The position numbers and the translations under genes were made by a program. From contig CAVPRU010000001.1 of NCBI GenBank assembly GCA_963707875.1, positions 145,591-209,590 of the forward strand: a stretch of DNA of 64,000 nt, read 5' to 3'. The notes below the pieces were generated by a model, which was given only the letters and a program-made list of their open reading frames with translations, searched no databases and was not told the DNA's origin. This DNA comes from an uncultured Gemmatimonadales bacterium. Lineage in GTDB: Bacteria; Gemmatimonadota; Gemmatimonadetes; Gemmatimonadales; GWC2-71-9. Shown here in pieces: positions 63,159 to 64,000 of the stretch (position 1 is the stretch's first letter; each line of letters starts with the position of its first letter).

Positions 63159-63617
63159 CTACGCGCCGCCGGAAAGCATCAGCCGGTACACCAGGGCATC
63201 CTCGATTGGAAGCCGATAATAAGCACGGCGCATGCCAGCCACCCGGAACCCGCTGGACTGGTACAGGGTCCGGGCCGGCCAATTCGAGATCCGGACCTCC
63301 AGCCAGACCTCGGTGACCCCTGCCGAACCCAGCCGGGCCAGCAATTCCCTCAGCAGCTCCCGGGCGATCCCCCGGCGATGCAGACGCGGCAGTACCCCGA
63401 AGGTCAGGATCTCGGCCGCCCCCGCGACCAAACGGGCCACCGCGTAGCCCGAAAGGACCGATCCCGTCTCGGCAGCCAGGGCGATCGTGCTCGGGGCGCC
63501 GAGCACCTCACGCATCCCCTGCTCCGACCAGGGATCGCTGAAACAGGCCCGCTCGAGGTCGAGCAGGGCGGCGGTATCAGCCGATCCGGCCCGGCGAATC
63601 CGGCAGGGTGCGTCCAT
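63159..63617 (-). CDS. rimI: Ribosomal-protein-alanine N-acetyltransferase (GNAT)
   Basis: Start taken at MDAPCRIRRAG (ATG 63617). GNAT motif A is VLPRLHRRGIARELL. The usual tsaB-rimI adjacency is present. Confidence 0.85.
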   Translation of the reverse strand: MDAPCRIRRAGSADTAALLDLERACFSDPWSEQGMREVLGAPSTIALAAETGSVLSGYAVARLVAGAAEILTFGVLPRLHRRGIARELLRELLARLGSAGVTEVWLEVRISNWPARTLYQSSGFRVAGMRRAYYRLPIEDALVYRLMLSGGA

Positions 63618-64000
63618 GGATCCGTTCCCATTTGGCCTGGGCTTCTGCGGGGCGGCCGTACTCCGGCTCCCAGGCAACCGGGGCCGTGATCTCGTGACAG
63701 CCACCTTCACGGTTCATCAGATCGAGCAACGTCACCGCCGACGGAAGACCGGGAGTCACCAACAGGAGGCCGCGGGCCTGCAAGGCGGCCCCGATCGCTT
63801 CCGGGGCTTCCCCGATGGCCTGATCCACCGGAGCCAGGGCCAGCACACCCTGAAGATCCATCGCGCGTGGGGACACCAGTGTGGTGATCCGATCGGACTG
63901 GAACCGCCAGATCCCGGCGTACACCTCCCCACGCAGAGCATGGCTCACCGCCAGCACCGATCGATCCTGGGCTCCCTTCAGCCCTGCCGCCCGCACCAGC
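63577..64000 (-). CDS. tsaB: tRNA t6A biosynthesis protein TsaB (YeaZ), C-terminal part; the 5' end is outside the window
   Basis: The reading frame is open to the window edge. ..RGEVYAGIW..AIGEAPEAIG..PSAVTLLDL..WEPEYGRPAEAQ is the TsaB C-terminal pattern (P-x-Y-x-R-x-x-x-A-E). Confidence 0.8.
   Translation of the reverse strand, partial: LVRAAGLKGAQDRSVLAVSHALRGEVYAGIWRFQSDRITTLVSPRAMDLQGVLALAPVDQAIGEAPEAIGAALQARGLLLVTPGLPSAVTLLDLMNREGGCHEITAPVAWEPEYGRPAEAQAKWERIHGRTLPDSPGRIG

Noticed and set aside
1-64000. Search for CRISPR arrays, transposases/IS ends, integrases, prophage genes, toxin-antitoxin pairs and known defence-system genes
   Set aside because: No regularly spaced direct repeats, no DDE/tyrosine-recombinase-like ORFs, and no small paired ORFs with TA-like features were seen on either strand. 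The window looks like a core chromosome apart from the 7.4-13.4 kb segment.

Overview
By eye this is a high-GC (roughly two-thirds G+C, not computed), densely coded chromosomal window from a diderm bacterium. That call rests on a full Tol-Pal cluster, an LptD-like gene, TolB and TatA/TatC. The gene content resembles Gemmatimonadota-like genomes, but that is inference only. About 50 protein genes and 2 tRNA genes are supported, mostly on the minus strand, and neighbouring genes often overlap at stop/start (ATGA, GTGA, TGATG).

Recognisable content:
- Housekeeping: asnS, alaS, recA-recX, hflX, rarA, cca, ftsK, accB/accC, aroQ, ssb, rimI, tsaB, hutH, ggt, tatA.
- Cell envelope: tolQ-tolR-tolA-tolB-pal-cpoB, followed by tatC and an lptD-like gene.
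- Signalling and proteolysis: a protease-protease-kinase operon and an HD-GYP locus.
- A tRNA-flanked segment encoding a large Ig-like-repeat lipoprotein.

I saw no CRISPR array, transposase, integrase or phage genes.

Most notable observations:
1. TatC and a roughly 900-aa LptD-like outer-membrane protein form one uninterrupted 1154-codon ORF, with a signal-peptide-like segment at the junction.
2. A pilT-type ATPase sits between accB and accC, overlapping both.
3. An HD-GYP phosphodiesterase is translationally coupled to a 708-aa HEAT-repeat protein that carries a paralogous N-terminal domain.
4. Three conserved genes (cpoB, the tolA/tonB-like gene and a GT4 glycosyltransferase) need a single-nucleotide frame change. 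The cpoB change lies exactly on a G_GGG_GGG tract. These may be assembly indels, and that also weakens confidence in the TatC-LptD fusion.

Many long ORFs in the supplied track are antisense shadows or N-terminal over-extensions typical of high-GC DNA. I trimmed or rejected them.
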